DNA of 64,000 bases from Schmidtea polychroa (GCA_044892525.1 CM097885.1:44766001-44830000); one strand, 5' to 3'. Shown: positions 1 to 15,752, counted from the first letter of the stretch. Notes: generated from the letters alone by a model not told the origin. Numbers and translations are program-made.

Positions 1-443
1 GGTTTTAAAAAAAACTTATTCCTTGTGAAACTTATCCAAAATTTATTGTATCAATGAAAACTACAGATTTGTTAATAAATTTCATAAAGGCGACCTTCGT
101 AGCTAAGAAACTTTTAAAACCATTCTGCATTTAGTCTTTTGCATTTGGTCTTATACAAGGAAAGTTTCATTATATACTTTTTTCAATGTCCGGGGATGTT
201 GCCAGTTTAATTTTATGTGTTTATTTTGTCGCATTAAAATATTCTTGGCTGGATTAATGCATGTCAAATGACATTTCTGACATGTGAAATCCTAAACGAT
301 TCACCTGTGAAAAAGGCCATATACAAATATTTCGGTAAAATACATTATGTATTTCGTAAGAGGAACAGGAATGAAAATCGTACGAGCACCGACCAGTGAA
401 TGTGAATTAAACATTAAAAATAAATACCATAAAATAAACTTAC

Positions 444-563
444 ACAAGCACTTTGGACAAGACGGTGTTTCATCTAGGTTTGTGCTTGGACAGTCCACTA
501 TTCCATCACAATATGTTCCTTTTCTACAGTTTGGTAGGCAATAGACATGATCGTTTGGGCATA
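444..563 (-). CDS. Exon 5 of minus-strand SG/SEA/LDLa (perlecan-like) gene: LDL-receptor class A module
   Basis: tttcag acceptor and gtaagt donor flank a 120-bp phase 1-1 exon encoding VCPNDHVYCLPNCRKGTYCDGIVDCPSTNLDETPSCPKCL. This has the LDLa CDG..DC....DE..C signature, and phase 1-1 exons are typical of LDLa modules. Confidence 0.75.
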
Positions 564-1654
564 CTGAAAATATTTTCATTCAATTAAAATGTTAATGTAA
601 ATAAATTGAAAATTGAATCAACTAACTCATTTGCTTATCAATATTTATATAGTTGAAACTTGTTCTTTCCATGTTAAAAATATGTTTTAATTTGTGTATT
701 TTCTGCAAATTGTTCATATTTCGTTATATATTTTATCAATGGTGCTAAAGAGGGTCTTAATTTTAAATTTTTTTACTGTAAATATAAGAAAATTATAATC
801 TTCTGGCGTATCGTGTGATTTTTTTCCCGTAAATATTTTATTGTTTATTTAACTTTAACTTTCTACCTCATAGTCGAATAAAGAAATATTCCGTCTTTAA
901 GGAATTATCTGAAATGACAAATTTGATTTTCTCTAAAATTTTCTTAATTTTATATATAAATTTTTATGTTATTGCTTGATGTTAATATGTTGTTTAAATT
1001 TAATTTTTGTAAATTAAATGGTAAATTTTTGTTTGTTAAAAAATGATTTTTTAATTAATTTATTATTAATTGTAAATATCGAAATACTTTTGTTGAAATA
1101 CTTAATAAAAATTGTAATTGCGAATTCATAAATTCTTAAGGCAGAATTCTCAAAGCAAATCTAAAAGGGTCCCTTGTACCCCCTTGAGAAATACTCGTAA
1201 AAATGCATTGAAAAGTTTGATTAATACTAAAAATCTAATAAATTTAATTCTAAGACTTCTATTAAATTACTGCCTTACTAATTAGAATATTTGAAATGAA
1301 TAATAAGGTAGCAGAAATATACGGCGCTCATGCTCAAGGTTGCACGAGTCGTGTAATACGATGCAATTAGTAGGAAATTTAGCGAATCAGAGCCGGACTG
1401 ACTGTATATTTGGTCAATACGTACTTCTACTTTAACTGTGTCGGTTGCGTACATAAACCAAACTCTATCCCTTGTTCAATTGTTATAGAGTACAGTGTAT
1501 TTTTATAGTGTACAGTATATTTCATTGCACTTGCAAAGAATAACATCAGAGTGAGTAGTTATTTTTTCATATTATAACCTTATTGATTTCTTTCTTATAT
1601 TATAGTAGGTGTATCTCAGTTTAAATTGTTATTGTCAATAGTCGTGTATTTCAT

Positions 1655-2323
1655 ATGGAAATTTGCAAAGAAAAACATTATCAATTCAAGAGAAAAGAAA
1701 CATTCTCAAAAAAGTGGATAAATATGTTTTTTAAGTATTTCAGTCGCAAGTGATTTACGGATGTCCATTACAACTTTGGTTACGATGATAAAAAATCGCA
1801 AATCGATTGAGAAAAGTGCGATGCATTACACTGTTAAATGATGGGGTTAAATTGACGAAATAACGATAAAAACCTTTTCGAAAAGCTGGAATCATTAACG
1901 AACAAGAAAATAAAATAGATCATACTAGAGATGAGAGTCTTGACAGAGATGGACCAGAAACACTAGTAGAAAATATTACGCTTACTACGGACACTTTACA
2001 AAATTACATGGATCTCGACAATAACGTGATGACATTTGAAGTTATGAATCTCAATGATATAGTGGAAAGTCGCATCCAAGAAAACTTACCCGACGAAGAA
2101 TTACCTGATGAAGAAAAGGTAAAGTTAATCCATCCTATTCAAACAAAAGAAAAGGATATTACCGAAAGAGCTGTAAATCAGTACAAAAATATGTACTAAA
2201 CCGATTTGCAAGAACATCTAAATAAAAATAATTTTTAATTTTTTTTCTAACCTTGAATCTACGTTTTCCCTTTAATTACATATTTTATCAGCTCATTCAA
2301 AAACGTAAAATCGGGTTTCATTG
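1655..2323 (+). mobile_element. Degenerate, internally deleted pogo/Tigger (CENP-B-like) transposon
   Basis: Frameshifted psq-type HTH (RKTLSIQEKRNILKKVDK...SVASDLRMSITTLVTMIKNRKSIEK) is followed almost directly by C-terminal FRKAGI and an acidic tail (ORF 2008-2199). The 3' end cgtaaaatcgggtttcattg-ta is Tigger-like. The 5' boundary is not located. Confidence 0.65.
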
Positions 2324-2713
2324 TATTATCAAATTGTTTTTTAATTATTGTTTAATAATAATATTATTTTATGATAAATCGTTTGTTGAAGAATTAGTTT
2401 TTTATAAATAATTTCTCTAACAAAGATTTATCATAAAATCTAAAAGTGTAACAGACCAAATATGTTGGATAACTAAATTAAATTTTAAAAAAATGTAAAA
2501 ATTTATTTAAATTAAAATATTGAATATCGATTTTTAAAATATTTTAATTTGTCTAAATAGTTATAATTGGTTGCAGAAAATAAATTCACCAGCAAAAGAA
2601 ACAAAGGAGAAAGAAAGATTCAATCAGAAAGATCAACTAAATTTCGTATTTGAGTGAACAAATATTAAACACTGAAAGATAGGCTTGCCTATTAAAATGA
2701 AATATATTAATAA

Positions 2714-2899
<186 letters not shown>

Positions 2900-5800
2900 G
2901 TCATTTTAACTTAGATTATTGCGAAATTGAACTTGTAAAAACCAATTTCTTTTCCAATGTATTGAAAATGATATTGAAAGTTTTATTTTGGCTTGAACAC
3001 TAAATCGTTTAGTATTTATTTATATAATTTTCCCAGAAGTAATCCATTGTAAACAATTCATCATCTGGATGAATATCAAAAGTGCGGCAGAAAATCTAGC
3101 ATTCATACAAGAATAAAGCTGAATCCACAATTGACAAATGATAATTATCTCTCTAGAAATTATATTCTATAATTTTCTAAATGTTTCATTAGAATTCGAC
3201 TTGATTAAAACGTAAGTCAATATATGTTTTATTCGCAATTTATTTCCCACAGAATTATGTTTACTTTAATTCACTGTTTTCTTTCTTCACTGACAAACAA
3301 TTGGCGCCAAGTTTTTGATGGAATTTTAATTAAAACAAGAATAACTGATGTCGTTTCGAATTCTTATCTGAAGAAGTTGTTTGTATGAATTCGTTTTTTT
3401 AATAATTTTAAAAAAATGATCTCTTTTTACAATAATTTTAAACATTAAAATTGCATTAAATATAATTTTTATTAGTAAAATAATTAATTTAATAATTTTT
3501 GGTTAGTAAATACTAGATTATAAATAAAATTAATTTTTCTGGTAATTTTTTGTTTTTATGATGACTTCAATTATGAATTTTGAATAGTTTGAAAGTGTTG
3601 AAAAGTAATTAATTTTTAGTAATTAATTCAAAAGGAATGTTTCGTATATTTTCCTCGCTATTTAAACTATTTTTTAAACTATTTAAAGAATTTTAGTATT
3701 TTATGAATATTTAACTATAATCGCTTTTTTGATAAAAAATAAATTTAACTGGTTTTTCCGTTGAAAAAAAAATAAAAATATTTTCTAATTTTTCTTCTTA
3801 AATTTTTCAATCTCATTTTCACCATTTTTTCCAACAATTTAATTATTTAAAATATCATTAAAAAAATTGCAAAAAATTTTTATTTAATTATTTTGTTTAA
3901 GTCTACCGTAGAATTTCAAATATTTCTGATCAAAATTCAATTTAATTTTAAAATGATCCCAGTGAGACCTTAGAGAAAATGATTCCATATCTATAGCAGT
4001 TGTCGAGAGATGGCAACTAGTAACTGCCGGCATATTTTCGTGTGGGTGTCAGAAACAATTTACAAAATGACAGATTAGAATGCGATAAATTTCAAATTTC
4101 CCAAAATTAATGTGAAAATTATTTATATTCATGTTGATGAATAATCTAAAACGAAATTTTCACACTGCAACAAGTGTTAGAATATCAGTTGATACTTTGT
4201 TTTCATTTTTCTGTAATTTTTTATTTTTCTAGTTTACATTTTGTTAATTTAAAGTTATTAATAATTTTATTAATATACAATTTGGTATCTGTAAAAGTTT
4301 TAATCCTTTTCGTCATTGATTTTTTTTGTTTTCAATTTACTTCTGTTGAGGATACTTAAATAACAAATTTATAAATAAATAAATAAAATTACTTGAGGGA
4401 AGAGTGTCATGACAAACGGAACGATCTATGGAAACTCAGAAAAGAAAATGGAAGCAAAAAGAAATGAGAAATGAGAAAGAGGAATGAAAGAAAAGAAATC
4501 AGACATGAAAACAAAAACAAAGGTCAGTACTAATTAACTAGTATAAAAAGGAAAAGGAATTTCGAAATCGGGAAAATAGAAACAACAATATTCTTATTTC
4601 GACAGTTTTTCAGAGATATGAACAAAAAAAGGGCTGGAGCCGCAAAAGGGAAAATTAGAAAATATCTCGACAGCTGTCAAAGATAACTTGGTTGCATGGA
4701 AAATTGGGAAATCATGTTGGAGAAAAAATGGGAAATTAAAGATAAACTGAAGTGCCACAAATTGACGAGCTTTAAAATGAGGTAGCACAGCAGAAACAGG
4801 GAGAACTATAGAGAGAAAAATTTGGGAAGAACCAGTTAGAGGAAATTTGGGAAATAATTTGGAGAATTTGAATAAAATTGAAGCGGAGAAATAAAAGAAA
4901 AAACAGAAATAAAGAGAAGCAGCAAGAGTTTATTCAGTGATAATAAAATAAAGTTCGGCGATAAATCCAAGTCAATTCAGAAAACAACCAGTTAAAATGA
5001 CCAATTATAACACTCCTCAATTGTGAGAGATTTGTCAAATCAAGGTGATATGCGTGTGCTAGTCTTCACTTTAGTGTTGTAATAAGCACTGCATAATCGA
5101 TAGTTAGCTTGTTGAGCCAATTGTATTATAGTGAAAATATTTGTGATATTCAATAAAGTTTCCAGTGTTAATTGTTATTTGTGGGTCAGTCAAAGACACG
5201 CTTGGAGTCAAAGTAAGAATTTTAATTTTATCACCAACTCAATAACCCAACACTTCTTTTCAGACTACAGATGATTATTTTTTTTTGTATTTTGTACAAA
5301 TTTTCGGAACATTCTTTTTCAAGTGTTTGTAATAATTTATTTTAACATATATTTTTGATTAATTTATATATTTTAAAATACATTAATTGTATAATAAAAT
5401 TATTTTATTTTATTTTATATTTAAAAACACTATTTTAAATTTGATTATTAGACATTCGTGCATGTTTAGGAAATAAATGTCTAATTTCCCTGAATATTTC
5501 ATTACCAATTGCCAGATGTTTAATTGGTAATTTTTACATTTGACTTTGATAAAATTATTCAAAAACTACTTTCAAATACATTTTTTAATTATAGAAAGTA
5601 AAATTTAAAGTATTTATATAAGATGTAATATATCCATTGACTTATGAATAATTTTGATCCCAGCATAACGCCCGTGGAATCATTGAATAATAGAATATAT
5701 CTAAATATGAAAAATTTATATTTTCAAATAATATATTTCCTTTAAATCAGCTTTTGAATCTTTCTTATTTCCGTACTTGAAGCTTAAAACTATTTTTTTA

Positions 5801-6896
5801 CAATTTGATTTCCTTTTCTTTCTTAACAGACATTCTTATAGATAGCACTGTCAGCTACACGACTGATACCAGATTTTTCCCAGTGGCCCTAAAGTCGCAA
5901 AAATTATTATCAGTCATCTTTTATTTCATTAACCAATCTCTCAGGTTATGATTCCCAGAATATCTTGTTTTCTTTTTTCAAACCCTACTTTGGTTTTCTT
6001 GCTGTGAATTTGCAAATTTTCTCTACAATCTTTTATTCGCATTTACAGTTTCTTATCATGATTTTATTCTCCCTGCTTTTTTTCTATCTATTTTCCAGAT
6101 TTTAATTAAAATAATTAATTAATCTGGTGAGGGTAAAAAGCTAAGATTTACAATACAAAATGTGAATATAAATATAATTTCTGTAAAGTCACCTTCGATA
6201 AATAAATTCAATTATTATATATCGAAATATCGAAAAAATTGATGACCCACTTTTAATAAAAAGAACAAAACGCCAAACAAATTTAACAGGTTTCAAGGAA
6301 ATTATCCTCATTATCAGTCTACTATCATAATCCTTGTCAAGAGTTATATACGGAAATAATAATGATGTTATAATTATGATTTATTGAGTTAATTAAATAA
6401 TCCTAATAAATTCATTTTTGACTGAATGCTAATTGTAAAGGATTGTGACTTAATTACCAATAGCTCAAATAAAATTCTTTCACATTTATTATTACAGATT
6501 TTAATTAAAATTCTAAATTTTTTAAATCAGTTGTGCTTTTACACATTTTTTATGCTCAATAATATGACACATCTTTCAATCGGTTATGCTCTTGAACCTT
6601 AGTGAGGAGATGACCAGAAATCTCTACAATGTATGTGGTATTGCATCCATTACATGAAAACTTATACACTAGATGACACACTAGACCTGTTGGGGTTTGA
6701 CATATTAAACGATGTTAAAGATTTCAACTCTATTTTAAATATATTGGAATTGGCCTGTAGATTTCATGATAGAAACTTAAAATTTTAAAAAGCTTCCAAA
6801 TATGGAATAACTAAATGAGAATGAGTTCTTTGAAATTTATTTTATTTGTTTGATATTTTAGTGCTTTTATTTTATATTTTTCATTATATAACTTAC

Positions 6897-7096
6897 CATA
6901 AAGAGGAAATATAATTTGATCAGATATTGTTAGATTTCCGAGTATTCCCAATCTTCCGCAATAAGAAATATGAAATATTATCATAGGATTTACAATTGAC
7001 GAGTTGTACTGGGTGACATTAATTCTTGCAAATACAGATGGACTGTTGGCTTCAGGTGCCTTTAATGAATGTCTTTTCGAAATCAGGGGTCCTGGT
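6897..7096 (-). CDS. Exon 4 of perlecan-like gene: C-terminal half of SEA domain
   Basis: tatacag acceptor, gtaagt donor, 200 bp, phase 2-1. Open frame (R)PGPLISKRHSLKAPEANSPSVFARINVTQYNSSIVNPMIIFHISYCGRLGILGNLTISDQIIFPLY joins in frame to both neighbouring exons. Confidence 0.7.
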
Positions 7097-8169
7097 CTGT
7101 ATATTTTGGAATTATTTATATATTATGAAAAATAAAAATAAAACCATTTAATAATGAAAGCTTCTTATAAAAAAATTTTAAATGGATAAATTTTTTGAAA
7201 CTAAACTCAATTGTTATACAATAATTGATTCTGGAAAACTTTTATTTTTCTCTATAAGAAAGCCGTTTTAAGAAATAAAAAAAAATTGATTTCCGCTTTA
7301 AATTTGGATTAATTAAGATTTTGGAAATTAATTTTTGTTTAAACAAATCAAAGATGTTATGCCATTATTTTATTATTTCTGTAAAATCGTAATTTTATTA
7401 AAACATAATTAATTAAATATTTTCCATTGAAACTGGTTTATAAAGAAAATAAAGAATGAAATGTCATTATAATAATATTGTGTTATATAATTATTTTTTA
7501 AAAAGATTTTGATTATTTTTGAATGTTTTTAAAATTTCTTGAAAAATTCTTTCTTGAGAAATGAAAAGTTAGCGTTCCGTTTTAAAGAATTTTTTATTTT
7601 ATTATATATGAAAATTATACATATTTATATTTAATATGTTTTAAGTAATGTTTTTAAGTAACGTTTGTATTATAGAAAATAAATAGGTAAGAAAAGTAGA
7701 TGATAATTTTCAACACAGCACGCAAGATTTCTAAAGTAAAAACTGCGATCAAATTGAAACGATTAGTGGTTCCAACTCTTTTTCCTTGCGTAACACTTGG
7801 CAGTTCATTTCATTAAATTGTCTTCTCATGTATACTTTGTCATTGGAGATAAGCATTAGAATATTCATTTATAAACAATTAAATAACTTTTTGTTAATTA
7901 CAACTACTCGCGTCTGTACAATGACTTTGCCCATGCCGAGTAGTAGGAAATTTGTGTGTGTGTGTGCATTGTTTTGTAATTGTTATTATGCTGAGTCATT
8001 GATTCTATTGTTCTGTAATTTTGATTTGTAATTGATCCTGGAACTTTCTGATAGAAATCCCTTGTGAATTTGTTTTGGAATTATCGATTTATGTCTGGCT
8101 TTGTTTGGATTTATTGTGCGTTTTCCAATTCCTGTGTTTTAAAAAAATTATGTTTTCTATCGTTCAAAA

Positions 8170-8570
8170 TAGCTACGTGGCGATGAAGCTCAATCCAAAA
8201 AAAGATATTTTGATGATAAATGACATTGTTACTAACTAAAATGATATGAGAAAGGTCTGGCATCATACATTTTATAATGAATTGAGAATTGCGCCAGACG
8301 ACCATCCAGTTCTTTTTACTGAAGCGGCACTAAATCCAAAAGCTAACAGAGAAAAACAGACTCAAATCATGTTTGAAACATTCAATGCTCCTGCTATGTA
8401 TATTGTTATCCGAGCAGTTCCGTTGCTTTATGCTTCAGGAAGAACTATCGGCATTGTTTTAGACTCTGGAGATAATGTATCACACACTATAAGAAGCTTA
8501 TGCGTTGCCTCACGCAATTCGCAGAATTGATTTGGCTGTGGGAGATTTGACAGATTAATTGATGAAAATT
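8170..8570 (+). pseudogene. act: Intronless actin pseudogene fragment (approx. residues 52-192)
   Basis: Translates with frameshifts and stops to SYV.DEAQSK...[49 protein letters not shown]...[20 protein letters not shown]...[20 protein letters not shown]. Confidence 0.95.
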
Positions 8571-9140
8571 AAATAACATTAATTGATAATTAGTGGGTGT
8601 GAGCGAAAGTCTGAAGAATTACGGTTTTAAATTTTTAAAATGTTTTTTTTTGATATTTTATGAATGTCTGATATTATCTAATTAGTACTTTAATTTTAAT
8701 TTGAAAATTTAAGCAGTGTTAAAATTAAAGTCACGAAAGATTTGTTAAGAAATATTACGTTATGAGATTTGGACTTATTTATTTATCAATTTAAAATGAA
8801 TAACGAAATCGAATGCAATTCTAGTGCAAATAACATAAATCTTAAAGTTCAAGTTATCACAAAAAATTACTGAAATAAATAATTTAAAATGATAACTTTC
8901 ACAGCTACTTGTTTTAAAGCAAATATTTATTTTTTTATATCAGGACTAACTGAGGCATTTAATTAATTACGATATTTAGTTTGAAGAAGAAAAACTCTTT
9001 CTAATAGCTCCACATTTGTATATAGCAACATAAATTTAAGTGCATTTTCTCTGAAAACTGCTTATATTCTCTACTGACGTCTTTTATAGCTTCGACCTTC
9101 GAAGGATCAGGAGTTTGACAAAAATACAATATTTCAAATA

Positions 9141-11370
9141 CAGTAAAACCCTATTTAGTGCTTTCTTGATTAATGATGATTTGATATAACGTGATCGGCT
9201 AAAACCTTGAAAAACGCAAAAAAATATCAAGTTAGATTATGTCGGTAATTTAACTTAATTAATTAATTTAAAAATTGTATATTAATTAAATTAGCTATAA
9301 AGAATTTTATGTTAATAATAATTTTGAATAATAAACTGATGATTTCTCGGTAGCAGCATTAATTAGATTTTTAAAAAATTAATAATAATTTAAACCTTTT
9401 GCTGCGAAGTATATATTTAATAAAATAGAGAATTTTAAACTATAAAAATTCTTGGAAATTGAAAAGGACTATTTTTATAATTGAAAATTCTTTCATTTTA
9501 TTAAATATATACTTCGCATCAAAAGGTTAAAATTATTATTAAGTAGTTTGGCATTATATTCAACGGACTGAGCCAATTTGACTCATTTAAAATTCTATTG
9601 CTACATATATATAATACTGATTTATTATTTTTTGAATACATATTTTGGTTTTTATATACGTCATGAAATATAAGTAAATATTAATTACTCTACGCTACTT
9701 ACTCATTTCGCATATCTAATCATGTATACCTATTTTTACGGCTATTTTTACCCGTAAATCTAGTCTTAAAATTGTGAATAATATATTAACATTTTAAATG
9801 TAAAAGTAAATCTGTAATTTAAAATAATAAAATGTAGAATGAAGTGATTGGTGTTTTCTTAGTCTAGATATTGTTGGCGTAAAATAATCCTCTTGTTTAA
9901 ATGATATTTATAATAATTAATTTTTGAATATTGAATTTTAAATTGTTAATTTAAAAGGATGCAGTTACCCTTGGCATCTTTAGTAGCTTTTCATCGATTC
10001 GTATATAATATAATTATTCCTAAACACGAACCAATAAGTGAAAGGTACCAATTAATCATGAAATTGTACTGCGTAGAACGTTATTACAAGAAAATTATTA
10101 TTATAAAAAAATAAATATTCTATTCGTTCATTAAAAATTAATTCTTATAATTTTTTTAAAATTATTCAAAATGAGTGAGTGTAAAGATAATAAAACAAAA
10201 ATGACACTTTAAAACATTGTGCTTGATATTAAAATGCAGCAGTTTAATAAATATCGAAAAAGAAGCAACCTCAACAATATTCAAATCACCCGAGAAGCCT
10301 TGAACGTAGCTTCAGATTTTCCTGTGATGAAATTTGTCCGCCCGTAATACGTGGATTTAGAAATTTTGAAAAAAAGGCTCTATGACTGATAGATAATGCT
10401 CAATTTTATCCCACCAACTTGTTTGAATTAATTACTTGCATTCCCATAGAAGTCGTTTTTCTACCACTCAACGACACGAAGTTAATTCAACCGATGTATC
10501 AAGAAATCATATCAAATAACCATCGTCGCATATTTCAATAATTTATTGATAAAACAGACTGAGAAAATAAGGATTCAATTGTGGAGTTTTGGAAAAAGTA
10601 TAAAATAAGGGATACAATAAGCAATATTCAACCACACGTGGCCCGAATTAACTGATTAAGGCATGAACAGAGTTTGGGAATTGATATGGTCTGATTTATC
10701 TAAAGATTCTCAACAGCAAGATTCTCTTGTTCATTAGATTGTCAGTCTAATCATTACAACAAGGCTATGGGGGTTCAACTGAACAGGATATGTATGGGTT
10801 ACTGCAGGTTTTGAGGGAGAGAGTTACCAATAATGATCTTCAAAAACTGGTAGAACAATGAACTCATGTAAAACTTGAAAATAAAGATTCTGAAAAAAAT
10901 TACTGAAAAAGCTTGCTTCAAATTTCCTTAATAAAATTTTGGTAACCGAAATCGGTGATCAAATTGTGCCGAATGGTTCAAATTTAGAAAGAAGTGCAAA
11001 AGCAAAACAACGGTATTTTAGATACTATCTTGTGCTACTGACATTTGTCTAATGAACAAAAGATGAAAGAGATAAATGAATCACAGTAGACGACTTCATC
11101 ACTAAAAAATCAAATATTTCAGAAGACCCAAAACCTTCATCACAAAGATTAACTCTATATTTCTGTGTGCCTATATTTACGCGTATTATAATTTATATGA
11201 TTAGGTAAATTTATATATAAATAACTTAAAATTAAAGCTAAATTTTGTTTATTTATGGTCGCATGTTCTCCTTTCTTTATTTACTACGTGTTAAAATGAT
11301 CTCGTTAACCGCTATTTCATTTAGCGCTTTGTCGTTCAGTAACGCGTCTTGTGAGTTAGACCTTAAGGTA
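9141..11370 (+). mobile_element. Degenerate pogo/Tigger transposon
   Basis: 5' end ta-cagtaaaaccc. DDE-region remnants LIDNA...IEVVFLPLNDTKLIQPMYQEII and EFWKKYKIRDTISNI lie at 10380-10690, with many stops and frameshifts. Interrupted by a hairpin element at ~9335-9545. The 3' boundary is approximate. Confidence 0.75.
9335..9545 (-). repeat. Diverged copy of ~180-bp hairpin repeat family
   Basis: Arms ccttttgctgcgaagtatatatttaata / tattaaatatatacttcgcatcaaaagg, plus a flank (gatgatttctcggtagcagcatt) that is the reverse complement of the flank in the copies at 15574 and 45887. Confidence 0.75.
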
Positions 11371-12711
11371 CTTTTTTCAATTCAAGATTTCTAAAGATTT
11401 ATTTATATTTTTCACTGTGTTTATAATCATGTATTTATATTTGGCATGGTAAATATTAACTATTTATGAAAGGGAAATGTTTTATTTGCTTCAAATGAAG
11501 TTAAAATTCGTTTCTTTCAGAAAAATATAGCAAATAATAATTCCGATATTATTTTTAAAAATCTCACAAATTTATTCAAAATGAATTTTATGCAAATCAT
11601 AATTTATATAATTAATTAATAAAAATTATATATAATTAATTAATAAAAAATTATATAATTGATTTCGAATAATGAATATAATTTTTTAATAAAAAAAAAT
11701 TTGTTAAAAGTGATTAAATATTATTTTTATAAAGATAATATTTATTTTATTTAATAAAAACTTTTTCTACTGTGCTAAAATGAATCCAAAAATCAATAAT
11801 TCTAAAATTCACGCTCAAATGCTTTCCTTTGAAAATAGTTTTCGCCTTACTTTTTTTCAATGAAATTCAATTTACACCAAAAAAATCAGAGAGATGTGTA
11901 AAAATATCATCATTAATCAAATTCAAATCAAAGTCTGCAAAATGAGAAAAAGAAATTTCTATTAATTAATAATACAATTTCATCTACTTATCCTCCAATT
12001 CGTTATTTCCTCAACTGTTTTATTAGAGAAAATTTCTTTTTCAAGATTTCTTTAGACAACAATTGAGAATTATTTTACTTTGACAGCATTTTAAAACTGA
12101 TTAATTAATCATAGAAAGTAAATCTTTATTTTTTAGATAAAATTTGGAAATCTATAAATTTTAAAGATTATTTAGGATTTCATAATTTGTATATTAGTAT
12201 ATGTGTGATTAGTTTTAGTCTCCTTTAAAATTTGTGGTGGGACAGCCGGGTGTTTGTATGTGGGCTAATAAATGATATACAATAACAAATAATAATATTT
12301 ACAAGTTTATTAACAAAATAAATATACTTAGTTGTTCTATCGGCGAACCTTCAGTTATTTCGTCGGATATGTTTGGTGGATCGCAATCAAAGTCGATCTT
12401 ATTATAACTTTTTACTGTGGGATCCGAACTTATTTTTCTGATTAATTTTCTAAATGTTCATGTATTAATTTTCTTCCAGCTCAGTTTTTGGATAATGTTC
12501 TACTTCAAATGTAAATCAGAATTTGTTTCTTTTTAATTGATTGCTTGAATATTTTCTGGTTAATTTACCGTTGTTAGGATTATAGTTGTTGTTTTGTTGT
12601 TTTAAAAATATTTTGATTTTTTATTGATTTTTTGAATTTGTAATTCTTTATAATAACTGTTTACTATAGGGAATTACTCTATAGGGAAATATAGTACTTT
12701 TGTTTTATTAA

Positions 12712-12951
12712 CCCTCTCCGTATATTTGTCGAATATATTCGACATTAAAGCAAGATGTCACTTCCAGTTTCATAGGCCATTGCAAAAGTACATCGTTTTC
12801 ACCGCGCATTATGAAAAAGAAAACAGAAAGATGTGTCCCTTTTCCAGCTTTGAATCCATCAGGATGAAGCTGAAGGCACATTTTGCAACCGTTTTTGTGG
12901 GAATAGAACGGGTCACTATAAATATCAGCATTATTTTTTACACGGAGAGGG
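12712..12951. mobile_element. piggyBac-type MITE, 240 bp
   Basis: TTAA|CCCTCTCCGT ... ACGGAGAGGG|TTAA: 10-bp TIR and TTAA target duplication. Confidence 0.85.
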
Positions 12952-14052
12952 TTAATACAACTTACGCAATAATATAAAACAATGACTTTACTTTGTCATC
13001 CCTATACAAATTTCATGTTTATATATAGATTACTTTAAGTCGGTTCCCTCGGACTCCTCGTGGCCTTTAAATCAAAACAATAAACGACCCAACGTAAATT
13101 GAAATAACAAAATTCACAATCTTTTCTCACCACTTTATAATTAATAATCAAAGTTACGTTTGACTGATTCTCCGCTCGGTGTTGAGGCTTTGATAAAGAT
13201 AATATTCACTTTTTATTCTCTTAGGTTCTCCTGACCAACGTTTTCCTTTTGTTTCTTTGATTTGATCCTTTTCACTCTTTTTATTCTTATTCTATCTCTT
13301 CTTTTCCCCTAATCTCCTAAATTCGTTTTAGCCTTTTCCTAAGCTCGGTTTCTTCTTACCCTACCTGAGGCAAAATGCCGATTTTCTCTGATTTACACTT
13401 TCCTTATATACTCCTCGAAATCGGGATGACAAATGGTTATTGCCGAGCCAATCTTTCACTTGACATTTGCTTCCACGTATCTGCTTCGGCTGTCACCCAT
13501 AATGGTCCAACGAACGAAGATAATTAATGGCCCTTCCGGCCTTTCTACACGCACTATCTTCTACTTGCTCTTTTCCAATTAATCATTGTGTCAAGCTAAT
13601 GGGCCCAAATTTTCCTTCTGATTGCTTTTCTTCTTGTTTACCCAGCTCGGGTTTCCTTCATCCCTCGGGTTCTCCACTGGCTCGGGTTTTCTATTAGCCA
13701 ATTAATTAATTAATTAACGTTTTCTGTTTTTACACATTTGAATGCTTTTCGACCCTTCCTAACCATTTTCTGATAAATCCCTGAACATCATCATGTTGAC
13801 CTTTAGCTACTCTATACCTGTCCCGATTTCCCCATTCGATTTCGATGATTTTACCATTTATTGATTTTTCTCGGATTTCCAGATTCTTGCCTTTCGTAAT
13901 TGCTTCTGGCATTTTCTAATACTGCTTCCATCACACTTTCCTTTACTATCGATTCTGTGCATGATCACGCTTTTATTTGTCTTTTTTCTTCATTTACTTT
14001 TTATTTAAATTATCAACCTAAATTTCATTTAAATTTATTTTAATTTACGGAC

Positions 14053-14055
<3 letters not shown>

Positions 14056-14127
<72 letters not shown>
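14056..14127. repeat. (AT)n microsatellite
   Basis: Perfect AT run. Confidence 0.97.
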
Positions 14128-14130
<3 letters not shown>

Positions 14131-14134
14131 TCTT

Positions 14135-14500
14135 TTAAAAAGTTTGACAATTAATCAGTAAATATATCGATGTTATTTTGATATTCAAGAATTTTCGGGA
14201 CTGCCTTTTCAAATGATTTTACGTCTTGTTGGCTGTTCACCATCTCAATATTTCTTCATTAATATGTGATTAGAATTTTTAAGAAAATTTATTGAAACTA
14301 TGTGAAAATATCATGTCATCCATTTATTCAACACAACATACTTGTTTCCGTCAAAATCACTTGAAAAAACCAGTAGTGAAAATCCGTGAATATCAAAAAA
14401 CATCGATATATTTACTTATTCCTAGTCGGGCGTTTTAATAAAAACAATGTCAATTTAAAATAAATCAGTGGTGAAATTTGAAAAAAGTTCTTATAATATA
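14135..14500. repeat. Imperfect inverted-repeat (MITE-like) family
   Basis: cagtaaatatatcgatgttattttgatattca (~14157) pairs with tgaatatcaaaaaacatcgatatatttact (~14387). Partial copies at ~15315-15450 and ~16578-16630. Confidence 0.6.
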
Positions 14501-15226
14501 TATATAATAATAATAAAAAATTAAATTATAAAATCCTAAATAATTTTTCAAATATATATATATATATTTATTTGTTAGATACCTAGCCAATGATGAAAGG
14601 TTTTGTTTCAGTTGTTAAAATTCTAATATTTTAGTGGTTGAATTGCCTCATTACTTTTTTGATAAAATTATAGTAAAAAATATTAATATAAAGTTAGAAA
14701 GAACGCATTGCAACTTAAAATGACATAATATATGAATAGTTTCGTTAATAATACTTTTTTAATTACTCTGAAAAGTAATTAAATCTTCATTAATCCTAAC
14801 ATCCATCAAAGTAATTTTAGTAAGCTGGTTGAATTTTTCAATTTGTATTTCCATAGAAAATGTTTATGAAATAATTTTCTTTGTTAGCTCTAACAATGTA
14901 AGTTGAAAAGATTCTTCATAATTAAATTCGAATCGTATTTTCCAAAGAATAATGAACAAAAAAAGAAAATTTATTTAAAAATGGATAATAAGAGAAAATA
15001 ATTATAAGTTCTCTTCTAATTTTGTGACATACAAATTTTGGTTTATTATAGCTATTCTGTATTCCTTCACAGAATTGTCGTGTAGATTATTTTGTTTATT
15101 TAAATGAAATATTCAATATCTAAGAAATGGCACGTCAATGGAATTATTTATTAATAAATATTCATGAATTTTTTATTTATCATTAAATGAATTTAAATCA
15201 CACAATTTTTATGTAAATTCATAATG

Positions 15227-15752
<526 letters not shown>

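Noticed and set aside
3190..3320. gtaagt...cacag 41-nt intron-like sequence on the plus strand
   Set aside because: The flanking exons give no convincing ORF.
5022..5253. TG...CA segment with AATAAA as a solo LTR
   Set aside because: No matching TSD, PBS or second copy in the window.
6897..7096. Exon first read as a MAM-domain C-terminus
   Set aside because: The in-frame join to the upstream exon (ISLR|PG) fits a SEA domain better.
12230..13960. Possible LTR/gag remnants, similarly 4400-5000, 48540-49250 and 57100-57900
   Set aside because: Purine-skewed, TE-like composition, but no diagnostic motif or boundaries that I can support.
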